From contig NC_068981.1 in the NCBI RefSeq assembly GCF_001194135.2, positions 192,245,111 through 192,308,325 of the forward strand: a stretch of DNA of 63,215 bases, in the 5' to 3' direction. Source of the stretch: Octopus bimaculoides. Its lineage: Eukaryota. The notes under the pieces were generated by a model. It ran no database searches, had not been told where the DNA came from, and saw only the letters and a list, made by a program, of their open reading frames with translations. Below are positions 1 through 13,074 of this stretch, one piece after another (the stretch's first letter is position 1; each line of letters opens with the position of its first letter). The position numbers and the translations under genes were made by a program.

Positions 1-70
1 AGAGGGAGGAGGAGGAGAGGGAGGAGGAGGAGAGGGAGGAGGAGAGGGAGGAGGAGAGGGGAGGGGAGAT
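1..70. repeat. Purine-rich (GAG/GAGAGG) low-complexity tract
   Basis: Only G and A residues, in degenerate GGA/GAGAGG units. Confidence 0.9.
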
Positions 71-724
71 AAAGAAGAAGATGATGATTTTGCCCTTGTT
101 GGTAGCCTAAATATAAAGTACATTTTTTCCTTCCTCTCTAGGCAAAAATGCAATAAGTTGCAGCTGCTGCTCTCTGACTAATGTTTCAAACCCCATTAGG
201 CACCAGAAATGGTTCTTCAAATAGGTTTTGGTAATAAGTGTGTCCGCACTAACAGGACATAAAAAATGTCAGTCTGGCTTGATCTGTTTCATGGAATATT
301 CTACTGCCATTCCAATAAACTCGCATACAGACACGCACACAGATATGTCTGCATGCATATGTGTGCGTGTGTGATGTGCGTGTGTTTGCGGGTGTGTGTG
401 TGAGTGTGGTTATGCACAGAAGCCAAGACATTCATGTACACATAAACCATTGTTAAGAGACACAACATACAGACATAATGATATACACATGTTCACACAC
501 ACACACACACACATATTCTTACATGTACTCATATACTGATGCTGTGATACAGCTACACACACTTCCAACACACTTAGACATACAGACATATACGTGCACA
601 CTAACAAACAAACAAATAAATAAAAGGAAGACAAATAAAAATTGAAACAGAACTGATAACATTTGGTTGCAACATTGAAATTTATGGCTGATCTTACAAG
701 ATCAACACAACACATACACACACA

Positions 725-729
725 CATGT

Positions 730-822
<93 letters not shown>

Positions 823-860
823 AACATATATATACATACATACATGCATATATATATACA
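725..860. repeat. (AT)n microsatellite with degenerate TACA flanks
   Basis: Direct reading; source of the poly-YI ORFs. Confidence 0.95.
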
Positions 861-1099
861 TACATACACTCAACATATATCTGCTAAACATATAGATAAT
901 GGTCAATTTATATTTCACGAATGACATCTCTTGCATTAAATTTAAGTAAAATATTTTAATAAAGACAAAAGTGACTATATTGTTACAGAAACCATTTTTA
1001 ATGATAAACTTTTCACCTCATGAAGTTTTTAATGCTCTTATGTATTAATGTTAACATGTCTCCTCCATTATCTCTATCTCTGATCATCATACACAAGAA

Positions 1100-1270
1100 A
1101 ATTTGCTAGAAATAACAGGCAAATCTAGCTCAAATCACACCTTACTGTCTAAGATAAGGGAAGAACACATTAGGTAATTTAGTCAGATAACCTTAATATG
1201 AAGCGATTGTCAGGATTATATGTCACTGACCTAAGGTCTGTTTGATGAGACCTGGGGCTAAACAGTATGA
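1100..1270 (+). repeat. Unclassified interspersed repeat (family F), copy 1
   Basis: gctagaaataacaggcaaatctagctcaaatcacacc...cctggggctaaac is shared with 31500-31700, 43150-43400 and 51780-51960(-). Confidence 0.7.
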
Positions 1271-1973
1271 TTAACCACGAATACCTCCACCACCAACATT
1301 ATAACTTACTCCTAGATCCATCACAACAATGACATCACAACTACTGCTATTACCACTGTCACAACTACCACAATTGTAGTTACCACCACCACCACCACCA
1401 CAACCACCACAACCATAATCACCACCACAACAGCCACAATCACCACCACCACTACCACCACAACTCATTAACACATATTTTATTAATTTATTGATGTTAT
1501 CTTCCATTGTCAAAACAATAGATGAAATATTATTCTCGTTATAATTTCATAAATCTTTTAGAAGAAATGTTTTTATTCTAATCATAAATTATTAAAAAAA
1601 ATAAATGAAATTAGAATTAATTATAATTCATAATTTGAATTTTAAATATTTAAATTGATTTATATTTTAAAACTTGAATTTTTCCTTTCATTTGATAATT
1701 TTTTGAATTCTTACAATACTATAAAAACATGTTATTGTTAATGTTATTAATTGGTCAACAAGTTGGTTCTGATCAAGTATGATATTTTATCCATGATCAT
1801 TCTATCTTTGTTTTTTTTTTTGGCATAGGCTAATTTGGCTACTATTTTTAGTAAGTTCAGTGACTATGTAGGGGTTCCTTCATTGGCTGACGTTTTAGAA
1901 TTACCTATATGCAATCCCCCCCCTACCATCTTCCTTATCACTTTACATCACCCACTCATCATAAAGTCTTTGC

Positions 1974-2284
1974 TGGCACTCCATCAGTTATGACAACAAA
2001 AGTTCCAGCTGAACTAATCAACAGAACAGCCTGCTCGTGAAATTGATGTGCTAGTGGCTGAGCACTCCACAGACACGTATACCCTTAATGTAGATCTCAG
2101 TGAGATTCAGCATGACACAAAATGTGACAAAGTTGGCCCTTTAAATTGCAAGTACAACTCACTTTTGACAGCTGAGTGGACTGGAGCAATGTGAAATAAA
2201 GTGTCTTGCTCAAGAACACAACATGCTGCCAGGAATCAAATTCACAACTATGAGCCAAATACCCTAACCACTAAGCCACGTGTC
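1974..2284 (-). mobile_element. tRNA-derived SINE, family A
   Basis: Reverse complement of 18639-18956; Pol III A/B-box-like head (tggcttagtggttagg...gaatttgattcc) and the shared body. Confidence 0.85.
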
Positions 2285-3039
2285 TTCACAAAGTTTACAT
2301 ATAAGAGATTGCATGAGAGCTGCTTATTTGCATACATTCTGCCTTCACTCTTTCTATACTGCCAGTCATCACTTCGTCTCCTCCGGGTTACTAGTTATTG
2401 ACAACTACGACTGGTTTGAATACTAAAGGATTAAACATAACATACTGCAACCACACATATAAAATGGCTGTCCTATGCAGTCTTTGCACACTACACATTC
2501 CATAGTACACAATTGACAGTGGTCTAATTGATATCAATCAGAATTCTAAAGGAATTTGATTGATTATAAAGTAAAATGGTTGATTATAAAATTCCCAACA
2601 CTGATTTTCTTTGTCACCAGAATACATCTACATATTTGACACTGTATGTGTTGCTATAAAGACACTGAGAATCATTCTGTCTCTATGGCCAAGTTGATGT
2701 CAGAAATATAGCTATGCTTTATTCTAGTTTGCATTGGTGAGTCTGAGTAAATTCTAGTGATTTAGTCATCCATCATCTTCACAAAAATCTTCTCATACTT
2801 ATGTCTTTCAAGTAGATATCAATTCTGTTTATTTTTGTTTTTTGTTGTTTTTTTTTTGCAAAGATAAAGTAGAAATAAAAATGAGTGATCTGTGACATTA
2901 ATTAAATCTAATTAACATATCATCATCAATTTCATCACCATTGTTATTGTCATTGACATCATTGTCATCCACTTCACCATCATTATTATCATCACCATCA
3001 CCACCACTACTACTCAACCACCACCACCTCCATCACCAT

Positions 3040-3400
3040 CATCACTATCGTTTTAATGTCCACTTTTCCATGCTTGAATGGGTCAGGCAGTTTTCTATGG
3101 CCAGATGTCCTTCCAGTCACCAACTTTAACCTGTCTCCAAGCAATGGTATTTATTTCTCCATGGCTAGATATGTTTTCATGGAAACAAACATGATACCAA
3201 TTATATGACAGTGGCACTTGTTTACAACTATTTCCACAGCTGGATACTCTTCCTGTCACCAACCCATACCTGTTTACAAGTGAGGTAATATTTCCACAGG
3301 ATTAGAAATGTTTTCATGGAAGATTGGAAACAAAAGACACTGCTTGCATGACAACGATGCTCATTTACAACTATCATGCAATATTAAGACAAGGGGATAT
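3040..3400 (-). mobile_element. Two tandem copies of RTE-tailed non-autonomous repeat (family E)
   Basis: ttttcatggaa...tttacaactat is duplicated (about 3170 and 3310); homologous to 15950-16220 and 54500-54740; (GAT)n tail on the minus strand. Confidence 0.65.
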
Positions 3401-3501
3401 TAATATTCATAAAATACACATACATACATACATACATACATACATACATACATACAAACATACATACATACATACATACATACATTCATACATACATACT
3501 G

Positions 3502-4220
3502 ATGAGACATGATGTTGTAGCTAGGACACTCTATAATGAAATCTGTCAAAAGGATAACCCCAAGAACAAAGAAATAAGAACCCACAGTACAGTAGAAGCC
3601 ATAGCCACTCATAATAAAAAGGAATACTGGTAGAATGTCACAGTGATGACCTCAATAAGATGTAAGCACAAAAGACCTGATATAATGATTGGGATGGAGA
3701 AGAGAAACTGTGTACAGTTGTAGAAATTAGCTGCCCAGTAAATGTTAGCATAAAGCTGAAGATCAGTGAAAAAGAGAACACCTACACTAAACTATTTAGA
3801 AATCTACAATTACTCTATCCAGATTACAATCTCAGGTTTATACTTGTAATTATTGGAGCACTGGGATATGTAACATATTGCCTAAATACCAATCTTGAGA
3901 AATTAGGCTTCTCAAAACCAGAAATGAGAAAGCTAATTTGAAGACTACAGATCCAATCCATCACTAGAACTGTAAAAACCTGTAAAACTTTCCAGAAGTT
4001 TATCATATAAATATATATGAGCATGTGTTGATATGTAACTATATGCATGAGAAGACATACTTAAAGAAAAACATACAAATCTGCACTTATGCATACATAC
4101 ATACAAACAAAAATACCCTGTCGTTGATGTTGAAATTCCAATGAAGGAGCCTTGGATCTAGGTTAGAAACCAGCTCTTTCTCTATTAGCAAGAAATCTTG
4201 AAATAAAACTGAATAATGAC
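3502..4220 (+). mobile_element. 5'-truncated non-LTR retrotransposon with restriction-like endonuclease (R4/Dong-like), lineage 1
   Basis: Decayed frame HDVVARTLYNEI...KRPDI...IGALGYV...LEKLGFSKPEMRKLI matches the RHD/PD..D RLE C-terminus; the 3' UTR is shared with the copy at 14830-15905. Confidence 0.8.
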
Positions 4221-4289
4221 ATATATATATAATATATTTTGACTGAATGCTCAGCAAGTTAATAACGACAATGTAAACTTCATGCAATC

Positions 4290-4618
4290 AAGGTATCCTT
4301 GCCGGTGGCACATGAAAAATCATTTGAGTGAGGTCGTTGCCAGTGCCGCTGGACTGACTCATGTGCAGGTCGCATGTAAAAAACACCATTTTGAGCGTGG
4401 CCGTTGCCAGTACCACCTGACTGGCCCTCGTGCCGGTGGTATGTAAAAGTAGCCACTACACTCTCGGAGTGGTTGGTGTTAGGAAGGGCATCCAGCTGTA
4501 GGAACTCTACCAGATTAGATTGGAGCCTGGTGCAGCCATCTGGTTCGCCAGTCCTCAGTCAAATCGTCCAACCCATGCTAGCATGGAAGGCAGACGTCAA
4601 ACGATGATGATGATGATG
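4290..4618 (+). mobile_element. RTE 3'-UTR-derived short element (family D)
   Basis: Internal ~60-bp repeats, then aggaagggcatccagctgtag...cccatgctagcatgga and a (GAT)n tail, as at the end of the RTE at 59995-61445. Confidence 0.8.
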
Positions 4619-4793
4619 TACTTTTATATGGGAAAAATTCATAACCCTCTGCACCAATAAACCACTATTGTTCCTGAAAGTTGTTTTTCTATATCTTCTA
4701 TGGATTGTTTGAAGCTCACTAACTTCCTACACTTTGATCCTTGGATCTTACCTTTATATATATNNNNNNNNNNNNNNNNNNNNNNNNNNNNNN

Positions 4794-4831
<38 letters not shown>

Positions 4832-4834
<3 letters not shown>

Positions 4835-5130
4835 GAAAATGGAGAGATATAATGGATATAAATTAATTCTTGATTAATTAACACTGCCTACAATCGTTTC
4901 AATTTACACTCAATACAAATTACGAAATATATATAATAAAATAATTTTGCAAGATTTTGAGTGAAACATCTTCAGGGCAAAAAGGACATTACGGAGTTTA
5001 CATGTGAATCATGTAAATCATTTTATTATATATATTTTGTAATTTGTATTGAGTGTAAATTGAGACGATTGTAGGCAATGTTAATTAATTAAAAATTAAT
5101 TTATATTCATTATATCTCTCCATTTTCTTA
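4832..5130. mobile_element. Palindromic non-autonomous element (~110-bp arms), probably Penelope-related
   Basis: 4832-4942 is the reverse complement of 5020-5130 with few mismatches; it contains a hammerhead motif. Confidence 0.75.
4885..4979 (-). ncRNA. Candidate type I hammerhead ribozyme with extended stem II
   Basis: Minus strand UGCC-CUGAAGA-(68 nt with CACUCAA/UUGAGUG stem)-GAAA-CGAUUG-UA-GGCA: core intact, stem I UGCC/GGCA, GUA cleavage triplet; the base of stem II is imperfect. Confidence 0.6.
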
Positions 5131-5489
5131 CTTAATAATATTTTATATTTGTATAATATATTTATTGAAGAAGTATATCTTCAAAATATGATATATGTTG
5201 GATAAAACTATCCCTGTAAGAGGTTTATATATCTTCATAATGATTATATGTACAGAACAATGTGATTGGGAAGCAAGCTTCTTACCACTCAGCCATGCCT
5301 GTTAACATTAATGGACTCAGTTTCTTGCTTTCCCTGCTATTTCATAAGCTTTCCTTATATTTCTAAAAGATCCTCGGTTTCTCTGAACTAAATATCCCTG
5401 TACTTCCTCTACCAATAATCACAACCTCATCTGACTTTCCACTGGACCATATTTGCCCATCCTATTTTCCAAAGATTATACACAATGGA

Positions 5490-5635
5490 TTAACAGAATT
5501 GTTGAGGAGTTGAACAAAATACCATGTGGTATTTAGTTACGGCCTTTCTATTCAGAGTTCAAATCCCATCAAGGTCAACTTTGTCTTTCATCTTTGCAGA
5601 AGTTGATAAAATAAGATACCAGTCAACTGCTAGAG
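5490..5635 (+). mobile_element. Degenerate SINE, family C
   Basis: gagttcaaatcccatcaaggtcaactttgtctttcatc matches the family C core. Confidence 0.65.
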
Positions 5636-6219
5636 TCCATTTAATATTCTAATGAATCATGCTAGGTGTGAATAGAACTATAATCAAAGAAGTCTAAAAC
5701 CATACTTATACACAAGTACCTCCAGGACTTTGTGACCCACAAAAGTATTCTAACATGCTGCTAAGTGCAATACTTTATCCAACTTACAACAGTCTAATCT
5801 GAACATTAATTATAATTACCTCATTATTTCAAATCACCAGGTTTAATGAGTGCAGCTGCCAAGAACTTTTGAGATTAACAATCACAAGTACCAAGATTAA
5901 AACCTTTCATATAAACAATGATTGTATATAAATAGCTTCTCACTTCCGTCTTTATAATGTGTATCCTGCTTAGGAGACAGAATAATTCTATAACCTCATA
6001 GAATGGTCATAATAAACTTTATTTATTTATTTATTCATTCATTCATTCATTAATTCATTCATTCAGTCAGTCAGTCAGTCAGTCATTCATTCATTCTTGT
6101 TATTTATTCATTTCTTGTTATTTATTTTATTTTTTTTATATTCAAGATATGAAAAACTTTATAAAAATATCAAAAAAAATATTGTAAATAAATAAAATAA
6201 ATATATAAAGGTAAAAATA

Positions 6220-6365
6220 GGTGTGGCTAAGAGGCCTTTCTTGCAATTATGTGGTTTCAGGTTCAGCCCCCACCATATGATACTGAAGTTAAATGTCTTC
6301 TATGATAGCCCCAAGTCAGCCAATGCCTTATGGCAGAAATTAGTAGATGGAAATTGCAAGAAAGT
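6220..6365 (+). mobile_element. Degenerate SINE family B head
   Basis: ggttcagccc...ttctatgatagcc...gtagatggaaattgcaagaaag is similar to 50930-51060. Confidence 0.6.
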
Positions 6366-6689
6366 TCATTGTATTCACTTGCTTTTTAATTTAAAGTTCA
6401 TTTTTCCATGCTAGCATGGTTTAGACTTATATATAAATTACATGGGCAATATAATATATGGCAAATTAAAACTAATACCTCCAAAGACTTTGGTCTCCTC
6501 CAGAAGAACTTCTGTGTTCATCTGTACAACCAGTTCAGAAGGGGCACCCCTCAAACTACACCACACCACATAACACTATGGAGGAGGAGGAAGTACATGC
6601 AACCTTCCTCAAAGAATAAAAAAAATAGAAAAGAAAAAGGTTAGTAAACCTTTTCTTATGTACTTGTTCAATGTAGGTTGCATAATTAT

Positions 6690-7562
6690 CAGGTACCATT
6701 ATTAACAACAAATGGTGGTATGTCCTCAAAAGAGTAATTAAATTTGAGTCAATTAGATTTAATAAGGAGCTTGTTAGTAACAGAAATAGAATAGAAAGGG
6801 CTTTAGTTAAGGCTCTAGAAGAGACAATGAGGTCAAGCTCTGCCACCAGAGTTTTAACTGCGAGGCTGGTGCTCAACCAACATCTCAAAGCTAAATATGA
6901 AGGGAACATTGTCAGGGCTAAGTTATGTGCAACGGGACAAGAGGGAATCAACATCACCGGAAAGGCCCATGTGGTAGAGAGCCATTGCAGCAATAATGCA
7001 ACAATAAGGTCTTTGATGGACCAACACGATGATTCAGTAAACGAACTCAAGATGTGCAAGGTATTTCACAAGCATTTTGTCCAGCTTTTCAGGATGGGTG
7101 GTGGGCTGGAGCATAGGGAGGACCTCATGGAATTCGTCGCTGGTTTGCTGCATGTCTTGGAATGGAAAGCAAAATGCTGTGAAGGGCTGATCACAGCTGC
7201 AGAGGTGGAGGAGGCATTGTTGGACTGTGGTGGGAACAAGTCGCCGGGACTAGATGGTCCATCACTCTGCTTAATGCAGAGCTGAAGATTTTGGCCAAGG
7301 TGTTAGCAAAAAGGCTGGCACGGGTCATGGGCAAACTTGTTGGGGAGGCACAAATCTGCACTATCTCTGGCATGTCAATTCACAACAATCTCCATCTTAT
7401 CCGTTATACCTAAGAGAGGGTGAATAGAACTCTTGGCGAGGGTGGGGCTATGGTCCATTTAGACCAATCTAAAGCATTTGATAGGGTTGACCATCAGTAT
7501 TTGGTAGCAGTCCTTGCAGCAGCCAGGTTTGGCCTGACCTTCCATGAGTGAATCACTGCTTC
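6690..7562 (+). mobile_element. L1/Tx1-clade LINE ORF2 fragment (linker plus RT N-terminal half), pseudogenised
   Basis: EGLITAAEVEEALLDCGGNKSPGLDG, then after a deletion/frameshift LNAELKILAKVLAKRL...IHNNLHLIR...LDQSKAFDRVDHQYL; stops present. Confidence 0.85.
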
Positions 7563-8029
7563 AATCACTGGGGTTGAAGAACAACAAAGTAGTGCTTCTT
7601 TCTTGATATCCCAACCTTTCCACAGTTGTGGAAACTTCACAATGAATATGAAGCTCAATAACAAGAGAGCCACTATATGGTTGTGCATTTTGTTAGATAT
7701 AGCAGTTAAACTCCCTAAAAGCACACCTTATTATGTGTGTACTGTGTGATGCACATCCAATGAAGATGGTAAATAATTTTCTCCATAATTTAGGGCTCCT
7801 ATCAGTCAATGTTCACTATACATATACAAGCTTTGGTTAAGGTTTTTTTGAGGAAAAAATGTCCATGTTTATCAAAAAGAAAAGCTGCTGACTTAGGTCA
7901 ATACAGTTTTGTGCCATTGTCATTAAAGGCATTGCTGTCAAAGAACAGAGTCAGAACAGATAATGCAAGGCATCATGTTCAACCCTCTAATCATCATCAT
8001 CATCATCACCATCACCATTATCATGATCT

Positions 8030-8265
<236 letters not shown>

Positions 8266-9619
8266 TAATGTCCATTTTGCATTCTAACATCTGCTGGATG
8301 ATTCAACATGATCCAATGAACGGCAAAACTGCATCATGCTTCAAAGTCTGCTTTGCCGTGGTTTCTACAATGGGATGCCCTGCCTAATGCCAACTGCAAA
8401 ACCATTGGTATTTCATTTTATTAAATCCAGAAGAATGAAAACAAATCTATCCTAGGCAGGATATGAAATCAGAACATGAATATAATTAAAAACAGTGTAA
8501 TATTTTGTCAGGATCACTATGAGTCCTGCTAATCCCCTGCTCTTGATTGTTTAGATATTAGTACAGAGCCACAAATTAAGCTGGCCCCAGTATATGACTA
8601 CTGGGTATTTTTATCAACCCTAAAATGATAAAAAAAATTAAAATTAAATACAAGAGCTTTCAATGGTTATTCAACAATATAAATGTTAGTGGTTTAAAGA
8701 CAATAGTAGCTTCTCTAAAGCAGCAACATAATATCCAGAGTTACTGATGTAGAAATATTACTAAATTGATCGTAATAATCAATTCTTTTCATGATCTTTC
8801 TTGCAGAATTCCAAACCATTACTGGATTCCTTGCATAGCGTTAATGCCAGCAATGCAGTGCAGTGAAATAGCTGAACGAAGAAGACATTCAGCTATTTTG
8901 CTGAAGCCGTTCAAAATTGAACTATAAATCTTTCTCGTATTTAATCCATGGCAATTATTTTAGAAAAGAAGGTTAAAAAGAAAGCAATGAAAGTTTTTTT
9001 TGTTTTGATTATTCCATTTTATTTGTAGGTTATTTGTTTCCTCTCAGATAGCTGGTAATCTAATACAGCAGCATTTATGAAGAATCTAAAGGAGGGGAAA
9101 ATGGAAGTGATAAAGTGACTAAACTTCCTAAAGAAATGTTTAACACACACAGTAACACAAACACACACACACTAACACAAACACACATACACTAACACAA
9201 ACACACACACACAAACACACACACAGGGAATGATATGTGCAGAAAAGAAATTCAAGAGGGCTGATGTTCTGGGTAAAAGAACTGGACATAGTAGGTGGTG
9301 GTGGTGGTGGTGGTGGTGGTGGTGGTGAACACAATATGTGTGACAAGAAAAGGAGTGATGAGTGACTCAGGTAGTGCTTGAGTGGAGATGATTCTGTTTG
9401 GTGGACTGGGAATAATAATGTTATCTTGATATGCATGGTAACTGTGTCTTTGTATTGTTAGAATGGCATAATACTGCTGGAAAGTGTTTTCAAGGTCTCT
9501 GTTCAAGGACTCAATGGTTGTATGTAGATGGTGCATTGGTGCAGAAATATTAGGAGAGATGAAGGGTGTTATCATCTGTGCAAGAGTGACAAGATGATAT
9601 CTAGTAAGTCATCGAGGTA

Positions 9620-10343
9620 TACGAGATAGTATCAAAAAGTTCCCAGACTAGTTCTGTAGTGCACCAACAGATGGCAGCACACAGTTGCAAGTGCAATGAT
9701 GACCCATCCTTCATGTTGAGGATCATCACTGGTGAGGAGAGTTAATTCTACAGGTATGACCTTGAGATGAAGCAGCAGTTGTCACAATGGAAGAGGCCTT
9801 CACCTCCACAACCAAAGAAGGCATGACACAGCCACAGCTCAATCAAAAGCATGCTCATCATATTTTTTTTCAACATTATGTATTGTGCATCGAGAATTCA
9901 TTCCCCAGGGCCAGACTGTCAATCAAGAGTTCTACTGTGACATTTGAGGGAGGACATTCAGCAAAAATCGCTGGATCTGTAGAGCATGAAGAATTGGATT
10001 CACGACAACAACTCACTCTGTCACCAAGCTCTCCTTACTTGTGAGTTTCTCACCTAAAACAACATGGTATCACTTCTGCACTCACACCATTCACTCGATT
10101 TAGCACCTGAAGACTTCTATCTCTTCCCCAAGATGAAAAGGCAGCTCAAAAGGTACTGTTTTAACATCATTGTTGAGATCCAAAGCGAATCACAGAAGGT
10201 CCTCGACTCATGGAAAACAACTTCCAAGCCAGATTCCAAAAGTGGGAGGAATGCTGGGACCAGTGTATTGTTGCACAAGGTGACTATTTCAAAGGAGATA
10301 ATGTTAAAACTTAAGTAAATAAGTCCTGGAACTTTTTGATACT
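9620..10343 (+). mobile_element. Internally deleted mariner (Tc1/mariner) transposon
   Basis: TIR agtatcaaaaagttcc (9628-9643) with its complement at 10328-10343; TA at the left end; the transposase C-terminus HSLDLAPEDFYLFPKMKRQLK resembles YSPDLAP(x)DF. Confidence 0.85.
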
Positions 10344-10589
10344 GTAAGAGTGCAGAGAACGAAACTAAACCTTGGGGCACACTAAAGTGTATTATTTTGT
10401 AAATATACCTTTACATGAATATACCATTATATAAACTTATCATTATAATATATGAATATACCATTAAGTAATTGTACCATTATATAAATATATCAATATG
10501 TACTATTATTATTATGTAAACATATCATTATGTAACTGCATTATTATTTAAATTATTATATATTTATATAATAATTTAAATAATGATGC

Positions 10590-10780
10590 ATCATAATTTA
10601 ATGTCCGTTTTCCATGCTGTTGTGAATTGAACTGTTTGACAGGATCCAGTGAGTTGCAGGGCTACACCAAATGTCTGTTTCAGCTTTGGTACAGTTTCTA
10701 CAGCTGGATGCCTTTCCTAATGCCAACCACATTACAATGTGCTCTGGTGCTCTTTTTATGCCACCAGCACCAGTGAGGCT
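10590..10780 (-). mobile_element. Family D RTE-tail element
   Basis: tttccatgctg...acagctggatgcctttcctaatgccaaccac...gctctttttatgccacc. Confidence 0.7.
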
Positions 10781-11589
10781 GCCATGTATATTGTTTGACA
10801 GAAAAAGAACAGGGGAAAAGGAAAAGTCAAAAGCTCCTGCTACTAATAAACAATGTGGGGAAGAGAATCTGAGAGAGGAAAGTGGCTTTATGCCAGGTGT
10901 TGAAAGGCTAAAATATTATAAAGGGACAAGCATAGGTACCTTGTTATAGGGGAGATACATGGCTACCCTACATTTTACATAAGGGTGGTGTGAGTATTTA
11001 AGAAGGAGATAAAAAGAGGTAGTGATAGCATGCCAAAGCAAACTCTCAAGGTATAAGAAAGTGAGCATAAGAGAAAATATGAACTGTAGGTGATGGGGAA
11101 GGCGGAGAGAACGGATACTTGCAATAAGCATGTGAGGGAAGAGTAACAGGTGCTTAGAGACGGGAACAGAGGTGAATGTAGTGAGTGATGAAGAAGGGTA
11201 GAGGTATTGTTGATTGGAAATATCAGTATGGAGAGATGTGAGGTGGGAGAAATGAAAGTGACTCAGGAAGGAGAATAGATCAGAAGAGAGAGGAATAATG
11301 TGCAAGGTGTAGGAGTGGTGAGGAGGGAGATGTAGGATACATGAGTGTGGTTATAATGAGTGGGTTTGATAGTGGATATGATAGGATGCAGAACACCAAA
11401 AGCCATTTCCAGTCAAGCAAGTGATTTGTTTTGAGACTGTGTGTTGAAAGTAAAACAGTTGTTAAAGCTTGGAAGACAGATATTAGCCATTCAAAAACTC
11501 ACAAACTCTTAACTTCAATTCAATTAATCATTTATTATTTGGTGTCCAAATTTTTATCGCACCGACTGGTTACTGACAGTGATTCTACT

Positions 11590-11662
11590 GCATGCACACA
11601 CACACATACACACAAACACATGCACATACATGCACACACACAGACACACACTCTCTCACTCT

Positions 11663-11693
<31 letters not shown>

Positions 11694-11708
11694 TCTCTCT
11701 CTCTCACT

Positions 11709-11740
<32 letters not shown>

Positions 11741-11810
11741 TACTCTCTTTCTCTCTCACACACACATACTCTCTCTCACTCTCTCACACACACACATTTA
11801 TATATACAAA
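11590..11810. repeat. Compound (CA)n/(CT)n microsatellite
   Basis: Direct reading. Confidence 0.9.
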
Positions 11811-12133
11811 TGCATATGGATTGGCATAACCCCATATAGGTTTTGACATTGAGTATTGTTTACTCATTGAATTAGCACATAAGTAACTCAGTATTTCACT
11901 GGCACTCAACTCTTAACATAATCATCCATCAGAAACAATGACATATTTAATTACAGGTAATTACAGTCTATTTAACAAGATTCCGCCAAAGCTTGTGCCA
12001 AGCTGGGCCAATGATAAAAGACACCTACCTATGAGATCATGTAGTGGGATTGAACATAATACTTCATGCATGCAAGACAAGCTTCGTAACTACTAGGTCA
12101 TACCTGTGTTCATTTGAACCCCACCCCACATAC

Positions 12134-12169
<36 letters not shown>

Positions 12170-13074
12170 ATAGTAATATGCTGTGGTTCATCCTGGCTGG
12201 AACTCTCTGCACCAAATACATAAGCATTTACTAATTATCCACAATAATTGTCTGTAAATGTTGAAGAATTTTCAGCTGTTAAAGAAAGCTTCATTTGTAT
12301 TGAAGCCAATCTGGTGGTTATATAACAGTAGGTATTTGTCTGTCTGTCTCTTCCTCTCTCTCTCTCCCTCTCTCTCTCCCTCTCTCTTTCTCTCTCCCTC
12401 TCTCTCTTTCTCCCTCCCTCTCTCTCTTTCTCTCTCCTTCTCTCTCTCATTTTGTTTCTACTTGTATTTTGAATGTCGCTGAATAAGTAACTGTGTTAGA
12501 AGTTATTAGAGAAAGTATGTTTATTTGCAGCAAATGTGTTGCTGATAGCAGAGAAGAAATATATGAGTGCAACAATGCAGATAAACCTCAAGAAAATGGA
12601 TAAGCAGTGGCTAGAAATTGTCCTTTTTTTTTATGCTTTTGTCTGGAGGAGGAGGAGGAATCCTACACATGTCATGGGTTCACCAATTTGAGTGTATAAG
12701 AGTTATATAGACCAATACATTCATGATAAAGAGTTGCACATAAGTCATAAGTCATAAAATAATATCTTAGTTAGGAACTGGCATTTCTGATAGTCTAACA
12801 CTGTAGTTCTTAATATTTTTGACTTCATGACATATTGGATATCAGACAAAAAATTTCTGTCATTATCTTTTTCTTTTTTTAATTTTTTATTCGGGAGGAA
12901 CAGCAGTGTCCATGACCCTTTACAGGTTCTCAAAGACTGGTGAGAGGCAGGGAAGAATGAAGATATCCTCAAAATGTTTGCCACAAAGTGGACTTTGCTA
13001 AAAGAATTCATGGTACTAGATGGTAGTACTGAACCAAGCAATGATGAAATAAGTCAACTACCCAAGCAGGTCAT

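Noticed and set aside
410-936. Poly-YI/HT/CV ORFs here and at similar tracts (11431-11846, 28986-30075, 34839-35373)
   Set aside because: Dinucleotide microsatellites lack stop codons; several also span N gaps.
2621-2736. Strong acceptor and GTGAGT donor pair
   Set aside because: Stops in all three frames; it could only be a non-coding exon and there is no further support.
12745-13041. 98-aa minus-strand ORF
   Set aside because: No recognisable domain or splice pair; partly a poly-A/T-derived lysine run.
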